A DNA stretch of 64,000 nucleotides, taken from NCBI GenBank assembly GCA_000708835.1, contig DF237149.1, positions 1 to 64,000 of the forward strand, in the 5' to 3' direction. A program made the translations under genes and the position numbers. Origin of the DNA: Klebsormidium nitens. Taxonomy: Eukaryota; Plantae; Klebsormidiophyceae. Below the pieces are notes generated by a model. The model saw nothing but the letters and a program-made list of their open reading frames with translations. It did not search any database and had not been told where the DNA came from. This document shows positions 37,231 to 50,400 of the stretch, one piece after another; position 1 is the first letter of the stretch, and every line of letters begins with the position of its first letter.

Positions 37231-37924
37231 GTCGGCTCAGGCGTGCAGTCTGTGAAAAGGTTGACAACTGCTCCGGTGCAATTTAGAAGGGTACCGTAGT
37301 TGAGAGAATTTCTTGCAATCTGAGCTTGGGGGCTGCCCAAAATATTGGATATTGTTTGAGATGCCCTCGAGCTGAAAGCAGGCGCTTTTTGCCTCTGAGC
37401 TGAGATATGCAATTGTGTTGCTATTGTATTGCCATATGCATCAACCAAAATCTGTGATCAGAAGGCGCCCTAATGTAGGTTTTGAACTCTTGAGGGGCGA
37501 GCGAGCATGCGAGCAGAAGGACCTTCAAGGAATGAAGCACCGTGACCTAGGCTATGATATGCTTGAGATTCGAGGCCCACGTGTCGCTTGCGCTTGCAGC
37601 TTGCCACAGGAGGCCCAGATTGAGATTCTCCTACCCCTCACACAAGGGCAGTTGCCGCAGATGCCGGCCGTCGGTATCACCGAATTTATTGGGGACAACA
37701 GATAGTCCTGCCTCAAGTGGAACGTATTGCTTGACCGGCACGCCGTTTCTTAGGCGCCGGTTGCATTTGACTTTGGGGAGAAAAGAAGCATGGGCAAAAG
37801 TGCCCCAGCAAAAGATGTCAATGGCTCCTGTGATCCAGCTGCCTCAGTAGAGCACAGACTTTTCACTACTAGTAGTAGTACTAGTACTAGCCAAGTCTGC
37901 TGGATTATACGTACGTCTGCAAAC

Positions 37925-40900
37925 ATGGCGCAGGTCGCTTCCTGTCCTTTCCACTTGGGAGCTGTCTCCTCCTCAGCATTGCATGGCTCTGTGTCTCAAA
38001 GTCGTGTGGCAAGCTCCTCCCAGTCTGCGTTTGCTGGGTTGTCGCTTAGGGCTCCTGTCGCGGGACGCTCTTGTCGGAAGACCCAGCAGGTGAGTCTAAG
38101 GGCGTCGTCCAGAGGGGAAGGTGAGGCGCAAAGATCGGCAGCGACGAAGAGAATGCTGACGTCAGCGGCAGCAGCAGTTCTGAGCGTGTCAATGCTGGCG
38201 GGAGGTAAGCTGCGTCTGAATGCACTTTTCTTCAGCTTCTTCTGAAGTTGAGGTTCTGGTGTATCTCGGCAGCATGCTTTCTTATCAGTGAGGGCCGGAG
38301 GAGGGATGTTATATCGTAGCGTGGCTCTAGCTTCTGCTCCTGCACTATCCAGGTTGGGTTGCTCAAACACTTTGTCCAGCTCTTGCCCTGGTTCCTGAGT
38401 GTCTCTGAACAACAAAGTGCACTAAGTGCATTTTCAGCAAGCCAGAAAGCGATCGGTTTTTCCAACAAGGGCGGGACGACCGCGTGTGCTTGGAAGGCAC
38501 AGCATATGGAGTGCCGCTTGAACTGAAGACTGTAATGCTTCATGCATGGAAGTTGATCGTAATCTTGCGTCTTCTGCGCATAGGTCAAAACTTCCTTGTT
38601 TTCCGTGCTCTGACATGACGGATTAGGCGCGGGAGTGATGTCTCAGGTGATCGGCACAATGGGCCGTGGCGATGAGCCGTCTTACTTGAGGACTGCTCTT
38701 CAGCCAAGAACGTGCTATCTGAAGAAAATGTCCATTCGATTTCACAATGTCAGCTTAGGCTTTGCAATGGCGTCTCCTGGCAAAGAAACAAACGACGAAA
38801 TACTAAAGGGGAGAGAAGAGTCAAAAAACAAATTCAACCTCTGGGGCATTTTTGAAAAAAGTGGGTTTAGCGAATAACTCACTTTTGGCTCGCATCTCTG
38901 CCCAGGCGTCTCTCCAGCAGAAGCGCGGCCTGCTGGTGTGAACAGGCCCGAGCTCCTGCCGAAGCGGTTTGCACGGGTAATCGACGTAGCTGGGTTCCTC
39001 TCAGAAGGCCAGGTGAGGTCCCACTCTAGTTCTTTGAAATACAGAAATGAAGAAGGCCCGCTTCGAAAATGTTTAGATTGGACTTCTTGTTGGACGCGTC
39101 AGGACTGAGCGAACCTTGCGCCCAAAGCACCTCTTCAGTATCAACCCAGTCTCAAATGGTGTGTTAAGTTCCGGGAACTAACTTCTGGCAATCTCCACTC
39201 GAGGACAGTTTCTGGCAACGTTCGAGAAGGGAACACCGTCCTTGTTAAGAAAGCGGAAGCTTACACACTGGCTTCGTGGTCACTGCTAACGTCATTCCTG
39301 CAAATTGCCCCACAGGAGAAGCGGCTGGAGAAGGACTTGGAGCGGTTAGAGGACGACACGGGGTACAAGCTGCGCGTGCTCGCACAGAACTACCCCGAGA
39401 CGCCGGGGCTCGCCGTCCGAGACTTCTGGAAGGTCGACGACCGGTCGATCGTGTTCGTCGCTGACCCCAGCCTCGGAGGTGAGCAGCTCGACCGTTAGCG
39501 AGGGAGTCAGCTTTTAAGGTACACTCGTGCATCGTAATTTGAGGGGAAGAACTCAACGACAGCTTACATCCCATCTGGAACTAGCCTTCAGCAACTAGAA
39601 TCGTGGACTCAGGCAGTATCTGGTCGCGGGAGAGGGGACCGGTCCCCGGACGCCCTTTTTAAGGAGATGAAGCGTTCGGTGGTTGTTGCGCTTGGCCAGA
39701 TTGCGATGCAGTATGCTCGTGCAGGCAAACCAAGAACACGTGGTCTGATGCGAGGGATTCTGGTTCGACCTGGTCCCTTCGGCTGTCTTTGGACGCTTTC
39801 CTTTCTTCTTGTGTTGAAGCAGAGTGTGTGAAGTGTTGACAGGTGTCGGGATTCTTGGTCAGGGGCTGCCTTTCCGAGCACGTCATATCACAAGGGGAGA
39901 AGCGTTGAGTTTAGTGCTAAAGTAGAAGGGGACTTTTGGAAAGGGGTGCTGGAACGTTCCCGATTTCATGCGGGCATGCAAATGGTCGGACAATCTCAAG
40001 AGACCAGAGTTTTTCCGGATAAGGATTGTCTTTACAGTGGCCCAACATTTTGGGGTTTTTTACTACCTAATTCGATCCCGTTTACGAAGGCGTGAACACG
40101 ACTTCGACAGCGTGCCAACTGGGCAGAGAGTAGACACGTTCTGCGAGAGCCCCGAACAAGAGCTGCACGGCTACCCCGAAGACTCCAAGTCCCGAAGCGG
40201 ACACACTTGACAAACCAGGTTGAGCAGTCTGAAGATCTGTCCCTTTCTCGCAGGTAACATTCTGAACTTCAACGTCGGCGCGGAGGTGGACCTCAACGTG
40301 CCCAAGAGCTTCTGGAGCCGGCTCTCGGGGAAGTACGGCAACAAGTTCTTCTGGCAGGAGAAGGTGGGTTTGATCGTCTCCATGAATTTATGACTTTTCT
40401 CACTCTTCAAGTGTAAAATATAACCTTTTGGCAGACCAAGTGGGTTTGCTTTTTTAAACGTTGGTCAACTTCTGAGCCGGCTCTCGCGGAAGTACGGCAA
40501 CCTTCTTCTTTGGCAGGAGAAGGTGGGTTGGATTGTCTCCATGGTTTTTCCTGATTTATGGCTGTGGGTCGAGTCAACATATCCTGCCAAACGAAGGTGG
40601 TTGACTCCTATTGGACCTAGGGTCGACTTTGCACGTCAAGTCTGGAGCTCATTGTCTGATGGAAGAAGGTGGGCTAGTGGCTGGTCGAAACAGGGCCCAT
40701 TTTCGGTCACAGGTCTGGAACATGGTCCACTGGCTGAAACGTGTTTCTTCGAAATGTTTGGGCTCACACATAAGAGGGAACAGACCAAGTCAAAAGGGCG
40801 ATCGAAGAGTCAGAGAGAGCGGACAGTCTGTTGTACGGTTATCGCGAATAAGCTACCATGAAAGTAAGGAGGTAGTGTTGTTACGAAGTGATGCAAGGCT

Positions 40901-41473
40901 TCGAATTTGATACGAGCGTGCGACAGTGCGTGGAGAAAGACGGGATTGGCCTATAGCGGGTAATTTCTCGATGCATCATGCCCTTTGCGGCAGCTAGGCG
41001 GGGATGGGCATGCAGTCACTTCTGGTACAGAGGACGTATGTTATGGGCGGCGTTAGACGGTGTCTCTTTCGCCTGGAAACGATTGGAAGGGGCCCCAACA
41101 ACACTTTAACGAAGAAGCGAAGATGCGAAGACTTCGCTTCGTGCAGATTCCCTGTATTCAACTGCTGCGCGACTGAGGTTCACAATGTTAGAACTCCGCC
41201 TCCTCTTTTCTCCTGCCCTCCCCTCTTTTCCTGGGGGATGAGAATTATATGACGGACTCTAAATACCCGGGGCGGTTAACCTCTGTGGAGCTGGATTGTG
41301 ACACATTGGTCACGGACTTACGGATTTTCTGCGTCGTGAGCAGCCAATGTGTCTCTCAAATCAAGGCTTCTGTTTTACAGGGAGAGGACGCATCCATTGA
41401 AGCTGCCGTCATTGCCATCGACACGTGCTTGCGAGAGCCTCCGGGCCCCCGCGCGTGCGCTAACATCCAGTAG
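37925..41473 (+). CDS. Thylakoid lumenal TPM-domain protein (thylakoid lumenal 15.0 kDa protein 2-like), 250 aa, with bipartite transit peptide
   Basis: Exons 37925-38204, 38906-39012, 39316-39478, 40254-40363 and 41381-41473. Ser-rich transit peptide, hydrophobic lumen signal ending AEA, then GVNRPELLP..VIDVAGFLSEGQ, LRVLAQNYPETPGLA, FWSRLSGKYGNKFFWQEKGEDASIEAAV. Confidence 0.92.
40309..40545 (+). repeat. Donor-side echo: duplicate of the exon 4 end plus donor
   Basis: GAGAAG|gtgggtt at 40363 is repeated at 40522 with the preceding ~55 nt and following ~20 nt; offset 159 bp. Confidence 0.88.
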
Positions 41474-44400
41474 TCGCAATTTAAGGGGCTCGTTTGTACT
41501 ATAACCGAGTTGTTAAGTCCAAGAATCGACGCGAATTGAGAGGGGATGAGAGTACGTTCCGAGGTGGATCATGCTTGCAATCTTAAAGGTGGCGACGTCT
41601 TAGCTAAAGCTTGGGCAGTCAAGGTCAGGTGAACTTGTTCAGGTCAGGTTCTGGTTTATGGAGACACTGGCATGTTGCGCTTGCGGGTTGCTCGGTTTTC
41701 TGCTTAGCGAGTTCCTGAGCTTAAGCTATTAGTACGGTCAAATCTGCTCGGAGACTTGCTCGACACTCTCGTCGATGAGAGAAAGTTCTCCATACTTCCG
41801 AGTAGCAGCGCTGATTGCTACACTACATGGCCGGAGCAGCCTAACGTCGAGGGTGGCAGGCCAGCGTGGGCTTGCACCCATTGAAGAACCTTGATGCATG
41901 CTCAGCATTAGTCACGATTGTGCAGGAACGCGAGTCAATTCCCGCAATGGCAACGAAAACTTTACCCTTGGATGATGTTGATTGCAATTACATATACTAT
42001 CTTTACAGCGCTTGAGCTAAGCACGTGCGCACATATATATGGATTAGCCCCAACTACAGATTCTTCTAGCTCTGCATCAAATGATAACCCTGCTGCGCAA
42101 AAAAAGTGATTTGAGTGGATCATTGCATTTGGCGCGTCAGCGCACGTACATCTGTGTGCTAAATATATATGCTGCATGCGACCAAATATGGGTTTGCATA
42201 ATTTTCAAGCATATGGGCTGCACATGTGAATCATCTGCCTTCGAAAGTTAAATGTGGACGTCAAGACATCGCGATCAGGAACAATAGTTTGTGTTCTTGA
42301 AATCGTTAATCTGCATGCTTGATAACTCTTACTCCGATCGCGTCTAGCTGTATCATCACTAGGCATTATGTTGTCACAGAGATAGCTAGGTCAAGGACAC
42401 CCGGCAAAGGCGATATATATCAGTTAAGCCGAGTTCCAATAGGGCTCTTCGTGCAACTGCAACTTTTTTGGTGTTAGGGAGCATGCAGTCAATTATGGGC
42501 GCGGCGCTACTCAGCTATTTGAACGCAGTATGCTGTCAGCTGACTCTTCACTGAGTCAGTTGATCTGCAATGAAGGCATGTGTACATCTTGCTGAGTAAA
42601 TTTGTGTTTTAAGTGACAGCAGCCATGAGCTGTCATACCTAGGGCGTCGGATCCTGGACATACAGCGCGGCTGACGTATGCCCGGCTAGCTCGTCGAGGA
42701 GCTTCGTTCGCATTGAACCCCGGCGCAGCTTGCGGAAAGCCATGTACCAAGTCTCTGAAGAAGATCGACGATTCGGCGCTCACGGAAGTCGAAAGGTCCT
42801 GATTATGTCCAATTGGATCATCTGCAGGTCGTAATGCGGACGGACTATGTGGACGGTCCAGACATACAGCATGCAATTACTTATCCTCGGGTCTTCAAGT
42901 TGTCCCTTTGTCAACCCTGTGCCGGCGCTTCCTATCCGCCGCATAACTGCTGGCTGCGCCACGTCAGCAGACAATGTCTTGGATAAACGCCACATCAGCG
43001 CTTGAACACCCGCGAGTCCGAAGACCGAACTTACAGTAGTTCTTCCCCATCTCGAGCAGCTTCCCCAAGGTGGACTGAATGCTTAGGACATGCGCCAAGT
43101 GGACACGTGCGCACCGCGGAGAAGACGTAGGTTCGTCTCTGAGAAGAGGCGGGTACTGAGGGCGCCAAAGCAGTACACTCTTGGATGACACAAGGTTGCA
43201 CCTCGACACAGAACAATACTTGCTCCACACAGAACCAGCAAGAAGGTGCATGAAGCAGGACGAGAGTTCCGCAAGCGCAGGATGGGCGGTCGGCGCCCGT
43301 TAATGCGGCATCCTTCCTCGAAGCATTGTTTGACTGCGTTGGAAACGCTAGGGCATCAAGGTGCTCCCGCTTTAAGCGAAGAGGTCTTGCGGTCTTCAGC
43401 ATTCAGAATCGCAGCCAAATTCGAATACTCGTGATGTGCGGATTGGGTTTGTCTCACGCAGCTCTGCGTTGACCCCATGGTTGGATACGAGGAGGCGAGA
43501 CCAAGGTATAGATTGTAACCGGAAGGCGCGGCGTGCATGCTTTGGGTTTGAATTAGGTGAGCTTAACGAAGCGCGAAGTGCGTTTTCATGGGCGCTTTTC
43601 AAATAGTTATGATGGAAATGTTTGCAGGCGGAACTTCGCTTTAGGAACCGCTTCTAAGATACGAGCTCGCCTGGAGAAGCTCCAATGCGTTGACTGCCCA
43701 ATTGATTTTGACTTTACGGAGCACAATGCCCGTCTCTTCCCGCCGCCTAATTCGTCTTTGACACTTAGATTCTGCTAAAGTTGCTTGAGGTTGGTTGCAT
43801 GGTTTATGGGGGGAAACAATACCTGCAGCAACTGAGTAAAGGTTGCATACGATATGAAGAAACACAGTTTGTACTACACATTTCGTGATTGCCCTGGGTG
43901 ATGCGTCAAGAGTAGTATACTAAGAACAGAGATCCCGCTTTTGGGCACCTTCGAGGAGTGGTGAAAGTAGACTCATGAGAACATGGTCTACGTCTACATC
44001 CGGACTTTCACAAAAATTCTTCCGAGTACATACTCGTGTATCAGAATGAGAAGAATTGAACGTATGTTTAATGCTTGGAACCTCCGTATAGTATTTCACG
44101 CTACTCTCATCGATTAGAAAGTCCCCGGAAGATGCCACCCACAGCTTCAGAATGGTCCTAACAAGATTTTTAAGGTATGCAGACTTATGAGCCCACTTGC
44201 GGCTTTATACTGAGCGACGTTGCTTAGGATTGTTCTCTTGTGCGAATCTTCCAGGGTGGTGTCTTTCTGCGAACTTTTATTTTAAGATTAGCGCAGAAAA
44301 TGCCACCTCGTTGAGGTATCCAGAATCGGAAAGCATATATCGCAACCTTCCGCCAAGCAAGAGGGAGATCACCCGTTCTTCATACCGCGAGATTACCGTG

Positions 44401-44794
44401 CGTCCACTCGTCGTCGCCTTGCGTCTAAGGGGCAAATCGTCTACGCAAGTCAATCAGGACAGCCAACATCGTCTTAGATTTCGTCTGGAGCCCTCAGGCT
44501 TCTTGGTGGATCAAGGAACGACTTCTTCAACACGTTCGACTCTCCTTTCTCTTGTAATCTGAATTGCATCACAATCAGCAGACGCAATGTTTGCATTCAT
44601 ACAACTCAAAATCCACTTTTCAGCCGAAGGACAACGACAATCTCCTTCCTATCTGGCCGTAAGATACCTACCCAAAGCGGAATCGTCTCTGCAACAAGGT
44701 AGTCAGCTGCCCGACCCGTCAAAGATCCAGATTACACTGTGACGGCGTCCTGACGCCGTCTCCGCTTCTCCGCTTGCAGCGACCACCCCCAGCC

Positions 44795-45778
44795 ATGGGC
44801 GACACAACGGTCGCTCATCAAACGCTTTCGGACGCCCAGAGAAGCTGCTCGGACGCCCAAAGAGACGTTTCAAACGACCTTTCCGCCGGAAGCGATTCTG
44901 GCGATTCCGGTGTCCGCCCGGAAGACGCGGACGAGATCTTTGACGAGTTCTGGTCTCTTCCCCCCGAGCAGGTTGGCACCCAGCTGAAAACTTTGGAGGA
45001 GGCGGAGCGCTCGCGCCGGGGCTCGCGCGCGTCGTCCTTCCGGTACGAATCCGACCAAGAAGCGCCCGGGAAACGAGACCGGGGGATAGTTAGGTTAGCG
45101 AGCGACGTGGTTAAGAAGCTCAAGGAGGCCGAAGAGGAGCTAGCGAAGGAGATCGACGAGGAGGCGGAGAGAGACGCGATCCAAACGGAAGTGTCCGAAG
45201 TCGCCGAGCGCGCCGCGGAGTCGGGGGATCCCCCCGGGGAGATCGTGCGCGAGATGGAATCTAGATGGGGGGGAGAAATGACGGAGGAGGAGCGCAAGGC
45301 GCTGGAGCGGCTGACGCAGTACCAAGACTGGCCCGGGGGAATCAACTGGGGGGTGCCCGGGGGACGCGTGGATCAAGTCAGGGAGAGCCATAACCCAGGG
45401 TTACCAGGGGACCAGAGCCCGGGTTACGATAACCCGGGGGGTCAAGGGACCGAGACCAAGGTGGTGGCGGTACCCCCGGGAGAAGTGGACGAGGACGGTT
45501 CGAAGGAGCCCGTCGAAGCGCAGCCCAGTCCGACGTCGCCCCTGGGGTTCGATTTCGATGCAGAGGCGGGCGAATCGTCTGCTGGGACGGACACGTGGTC
45601 GCCGACAATTGGATGGGACAGCCCGGTGAGCGCAGTGAGCGGCGGCGACCAAGGGACGCTGAAGCGGGTGGACAGCTGGTACGAGAAGAGTGTCACGGGC
45701 AAGGCAAAAGATGTTATGGAGAGCATAGTCAAGGGCTGGTGGATGCAGTTTCCGGAGTGGCCGGGGTTAGCTTCGTGA
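44795..45778 (+). CDS. Orphan acidic protein, 327 aa, uninterrupted ORF
   Basis: Long GC-rich ORF (track 44774..45778) with an Asp/Glu-rich, helical-looking middle. A ttgcag acceptor at 44777-79 suggests a 5' UTR intron. No family recognised. Confidence 0.7.
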   Translation: MGDTTVAHQTLSDAQRSCSDAQRDVSNDLSAGSDSGDSGVRPEDADEIFDEFWSLPPEQVGTQLKTLEEAERSRRGSRASSFRYESDQEAPGKRDRGIVRLASDVVKKLKEAEEELAKEIDEEAERDAIQTEVSEVAERAAESGDPPGEIVREMESRWGGEMTEEERKALERLTQYQDWPGGINWGVPGGRVDQVRESHNPGLPGDQSPGYDNPGGQGTETKVVAVPPGEVDEDGSKEPVEAQPSPTSPLGFDFDAEAGESSAGTDTWSPTIGWDSPVSAVSGGDQGTLKRVDSWYEKSVTGKAKDVMESIVKGWWMQFPEWPGLAS

Positions 45779-46823
45779 GACATGATTCGATAATTTCTTC
45801 AACGTCGAGTGCCCCGCTGGGCACTTCGGCGCATCGAAGCGCTTGGTCGAGGCTCTCTTGAACGTTGTGATTCATTGAAGGATCTGGTTCGTAGGGTGTC
45901 GAAGTCGTGCTCGAGCAAGGTAAACGATTGAGCCTGCTTCGACCATTGTAGAAACAAGATAGGACAAGGTGAAAAGTGAGTCGCAAGCGGTGTCAGATGA
46001 TTGCACGTTCGAGTAAGGACCATGAGGAATTGCTGCAGAAGAAATGCAAGGATGGCCCTGCTGCATTGAGCCAAAACTGTTGGAACGGACTTCTGAGACT
46101 CTGGTCAAATAGAAGAATCAGTCCGTCATTGAAACCAGATGTAACGACTTCGCCTTAAGATCGTTCCCGAGACTTTCCACAATTCTCTGAGTACTTTGCA
46201 TCATTGCGATCTGTTGCAAGCTTCGAGCAGAGACACACGTCGTGCAACGGACGCAGCGGCGGTTCTTGCAAGACGACCTGGGTACGTTGTCGAAAAGAAG
46301 GGTGCGGCCGATTGCTGTTTGTACAAGTGTCGGCCCTATGGAACCAATTCCTTGTTAGTTGATATCTATCGAAAAGCACCTTCAGAATGTAACGGGAGTC
46401 GGTTCCATGTACCGGGTTCCTTTGCATTTCGAGCGCATAATCGTTCAAAGCGACAGCTCTGACAAGTGCAGCAGCTCATTAATGTTTTCATATGAGTAGT
46501 TGGGGGGACGTTGTAACAGCGGGGTTCGTTGGTGACTGGGACGTTTAACAGGCGACTGATTGAGTGGTGAAATTAATTCAGAAGCGCCTCACAAATTATC
46601 ATGTACCCAGGCTAGGGCTGGAACTCGCAGATATTAGTGTGAATCATGTATCATGAACCGCCTTCCATACAAACACAAGGCGTGATCGACTGCCCTCGAG
46701 CACTGCGCATGGTTAACTTGTTTGATAATCCAAGTGTCATTGCTCAATCGTAGTTGTTGATGCAGCCCGTGAAAAGTTTCTGAAATAATTCTACGAACCG
46801 CACGCGCACGAGTTGCACACTCC

Positions 46824-46911
46824 GTGATTATGCCTAGCTCAAGCCCATTTAGGGAATGGGCGTGTCTGTGATTAAGCCTAGCTCAAGCCCATTCAGGGAA
46901 TGGGTGTGTCC
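46824..46911 (+). repeat. 44-bp direct tandem duplication containing a CCCATT..AATGGG inverted repeat
   Basis: gtgattatgcctagctcaagcccatttagggaatgggcgtgtct / gtgattaagcctagctcaagcccattcagggaatgggtgtgtcc. Confidence 0.85.
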
Positions 46912-47411
46912 GTCGGTTTATGCGGATCCATGGAATCACGGCAGATCTCATGTTCAGCTTGCAGCAGCCCGTCTTCTTTTAGATCTTGCCGCGCCCGCAT
47001 GCGTGACAAATATAGATCGCACTAAGACATGCGTTTCTTACGTTGGCTGCAACCCATTTGGAGCTTTTCTGCCCGAGAGTACCTCTATTGTGGCCCAAGC
47101 AGAGGCCAGCACAGCCAATTACTGTATACACAGCTGGTGTTCATACAGTACTGAGGAACTGCCTGAATACTGCGGAACTGCCTGTCACTGTCAGTCCGTC
47201 GCATCGAAGAAAAGCACTTGCAAGTTGGTCAACACAACCCACGTATATTAACCCAAAACCTCAAAACCCTAACGGTTCAGAAAGTGCTCAAAACCCTAAG
47301 CCTGTTAAACCTGGAAAAGGGCAGCACAGCTTTTGCAAGGGCAGCACAATTTTGCATTGTGTTCCAACTTCCAAGCATCAGCAGGGACCCCAGCCCGCAT
47401 TGAAAGAAAAG

Positions 47412-50400
47412 ATGGCGACAGCTGTTCCTGTCATCGTTGCTCTGGATTGGACGCCAAACACCAACCACACCGGCTTCTTTGTTGCCAAGGAGAAAGGGTG
47501 GTACGAACAAGAGGGGCTCGATGTGAAATTGCTGAGCCCGCACGTGGATGGCTATAAGAAGACCCCTGCTTCCAGGGTGACTGACAGAACTGCGAGTAAG
47601 TCGAGTTGCTGCCTGATTGACATACCAGGACCTTTTCTGTTTGAAAACATGCGTTTTGTGCCGCGATGGGAGGGGATTTTGGAACTTCTGAATGGATTAA
47701 AGACAGAGAGCACCATATACAACCTAGAATGCTGAGTTTCGGGGAGCTTATGAAAAGGTGTTATTGCTGAAATTCAGCTTGCCCAACAGCTTCCCGAGCG
47801 AAGGTTTGCATGCATGCAACTACACATTTGAAAGTTTGGCACCAGTCATTGCATTAACAACTTTAACTGCGTTTCTTGTACCACCATCCCATCGCCAGCA
47901 GTTGATCGTCAATTCTGCTGCAAGTATGGTCAGAAGCTCAATAGCGAAACACGGTCATAGGCGCCCTTGTCTTGGAACCATAGTACTGTTGCTCTGCACT
48001 GCAGATAGTCACCAATTACAATAACATCTTGGGAAGATTCTTCTATGTGTTTCAAATAAGCTCAGGAGCTGTTGAAAGTCCAGCCAATGCAATTCTGGAG
48101 GCTCTCTCTTGGCTGCAGCATTTGCACTGGCGCCCTCAGAGACTGTTTTGAGCAACTATACCAGCCCCGACAGAGACAACCTGGTGTCGGTGGCAACGCT
48201 CCTCCAAGATGACCTCAGCGCAATTGGTGAGTCGGCGTACTCTTCCGCAGCAGTCCTTCGTTGTTCTAGAAGTTGTCCAGATTGACAGGTGACTTCCTGG
48301 GCCAAATGTGTTTGAGTGGTTCCATTTCTGGAATTTGTACGGCCCCCTTTTGAAGATTTTGTAGGCAATTCGACTTCGCCAGACCACATTACATTATTCG
48401 TATGCCCACGTGGAGATGCTACGGATTTCACAACCCACTTACAGATTTATGTGCGAAGCATGTGTCGGAAAAGTTGGGATGGAGCCTGGTTGTGAAGCAG
48501 GAAGACAGAAGGTAGTTCTTGGGCCTTCAAAAGGAGTTGGATAGCGGATGTCTAAGAGCAGTCTGGTTGTGCCTATGTCGTAATGGCGGAGGGCCAAGCA
48601 GAAAGCTGAAGTAGGAAGGTGACGTACCAGATTTATCACTTGCAAGACTGCGCTGCCTCTGTTCCCTTTAAAGAGCAGAGGGAACAGTGGACTCACTGTC
48701 ACCTGCGAAGCATGTTGATTTTCCAACCTGTAACAATTACGATTTTGCATCCTCAACAATGAAACATTGTTGAAGCAAAGAGCTTCTCCAGATCCCTTCA
48801 ACAACAGGATTGTAATCCAAACATCTATGCGTCGCCAGAAGTGTTGCTCTCCATCACTGCAGTGACGCTCAAGAGCAGCGGCATTTCGCGGCCAAAAGAA
48901 TTGGACGGAAAGAAGTATGCATCCTACGGGGCGCGCTATGAGGGTAGAATTGTCCAGGTCAGTGCAAAGACACCTTTCCCTGTCCCTTAAGTCCTCCGTG
49001 TTTGCGAATTCGTCCTGGAACATCTTGCTGTGTTCGCGACCTGGAATGTCGTGGGTTTTGCCAGCAATCGAGCAGCCTCATATGGGCCAACTGTAAGCGC
49101 AAAGCTGAGCATGACTGGCGTCAATCTCTGGGTCATACAAACCTGGTCAGTCAAGTCCCATGTTGCTGGCAAAACGCCAGGCGAAGGTGGTGATCTCAAA
49201 GGAGCAGCTGGCCTTACTGACACTACTCGATGCTCCACGCTGAATCGAAGTAGGCTGTCTGCAAATCTCAGAGGATATCGAAAGAGTACTGTTATGGTGC
49301 AAACTGGACATATGCTGCCAAAGACAGCTTGGGTTTTGGAAGCGAGCTACGATCGCCGTTTTTGCGAACATAGAGTGTCACTCAAGAGGTCCTGTGTAGG
49401 CCAGTGAAAGCAAAGTTACAGAGACATCCCCGACATGCTCATTACCTGACTCCCTGATTAGTAAAGGTTTCCAAAACGGGTTTGACCGATGGGTGTCTCT
49501 CTGCAAATTTCGAAGAACATCGACGGGGCCAAGATTGCTTTACACGGAGAACAAAGCCCGTATCCATTTTACGGTGGAGGTCTTTCAACAAGTGACTAAT
49601 ACTGACTGTTCCTGATCGAGGTGGGTGGATGTAAGGCAGTACCCCGACAAAGCCCCCTCTCGAGGAAAACGAATACGCAACAGCTGTCTATCTGCAGGCT
49701 CTGATCAAAGCCGACGGAGGCAAAGGCGACTACGCGGAGGACACCCCTGAGAAACTGGGCATCTGGGAGACGCTCCTGAAGGGGGAGGCCGACGCCACGT
49801 GGGTCTTCCGGGGGTGGGAGGGGGTCGAGGCGCAGCTCAAGGGGGTGGAACTGAACGACTTCGTGCTCAAAGACTTCGGGTGAGTTTTGCCTTGAATTGT
49901 CGGAGTTGAGTTTTGAAGACTAGGGTGTAATTCGAACACTTCATGAGCACGTAAGGAGTAGAGATGTCGTTCACGGGCGTTGTGAAATAGTCGCTTTTGT
50001 GTTCAATAGCCCTACGGATGAGTGTTCGACCAAGTTCATCTCGCGTGTTTCTGGATCGAGGCACGAGCTTCAAGCGCCGGGAGTGAAAGTGCTTGTGCCC
50101 GAATTTTGTATTCTAAAGCGTGTTGCGAACGTTTGCGTCAAATCTGCTGGCTTTAACTGAATGTTGATGACCCACGTGACTTGGTTTTTAGTGAGCGCGG
50201 CGAGCTGGCCAAGTGAATCATCATCCAATGTGCCCTCGCTTGTTTTCAACATTTCTCTTTTTACATGGAACGAGTCGAGCGCCAAGGTTCGACAGAGAAA
50301 ATTCGAAGCGAGAGTGATTTTTCAGCTTTGGCTGGCCATGATGCGTGAAGCTGAGAGCTTGGAACCCATACTCGGGAAGTTCCGCTGACGCCAGCCATTA

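Noticed and set aside
40140-40200. Weak echo of TPM exon 3 (ctaccccga) in intron 3
   Set aside because: The match is too short to distinguish from chance.
41600-44600. Cys-rich short ORFs suggesting a CxC/KDZ-type transposase
   Set aside because: The fragments lie in different frames and lack diagnostic motifs.
47043-47411. N-terminal extension of the THI5-like ORF from the track's alternative start
   Set aside because: There is no ATG, the sequence is A-rich and UTR-like, and homology begins just after ATG 47412.
46900-48100. TPP riboswitch near the NMT1/THI5-like gene
   Set aside because: Only scattered gctgag and gcgaagg words occur. The conserved CUGAGA...ACCUGAU...GCG.AGG arrangement was not found by eye; an Infernal RF00059 search would be decisive.
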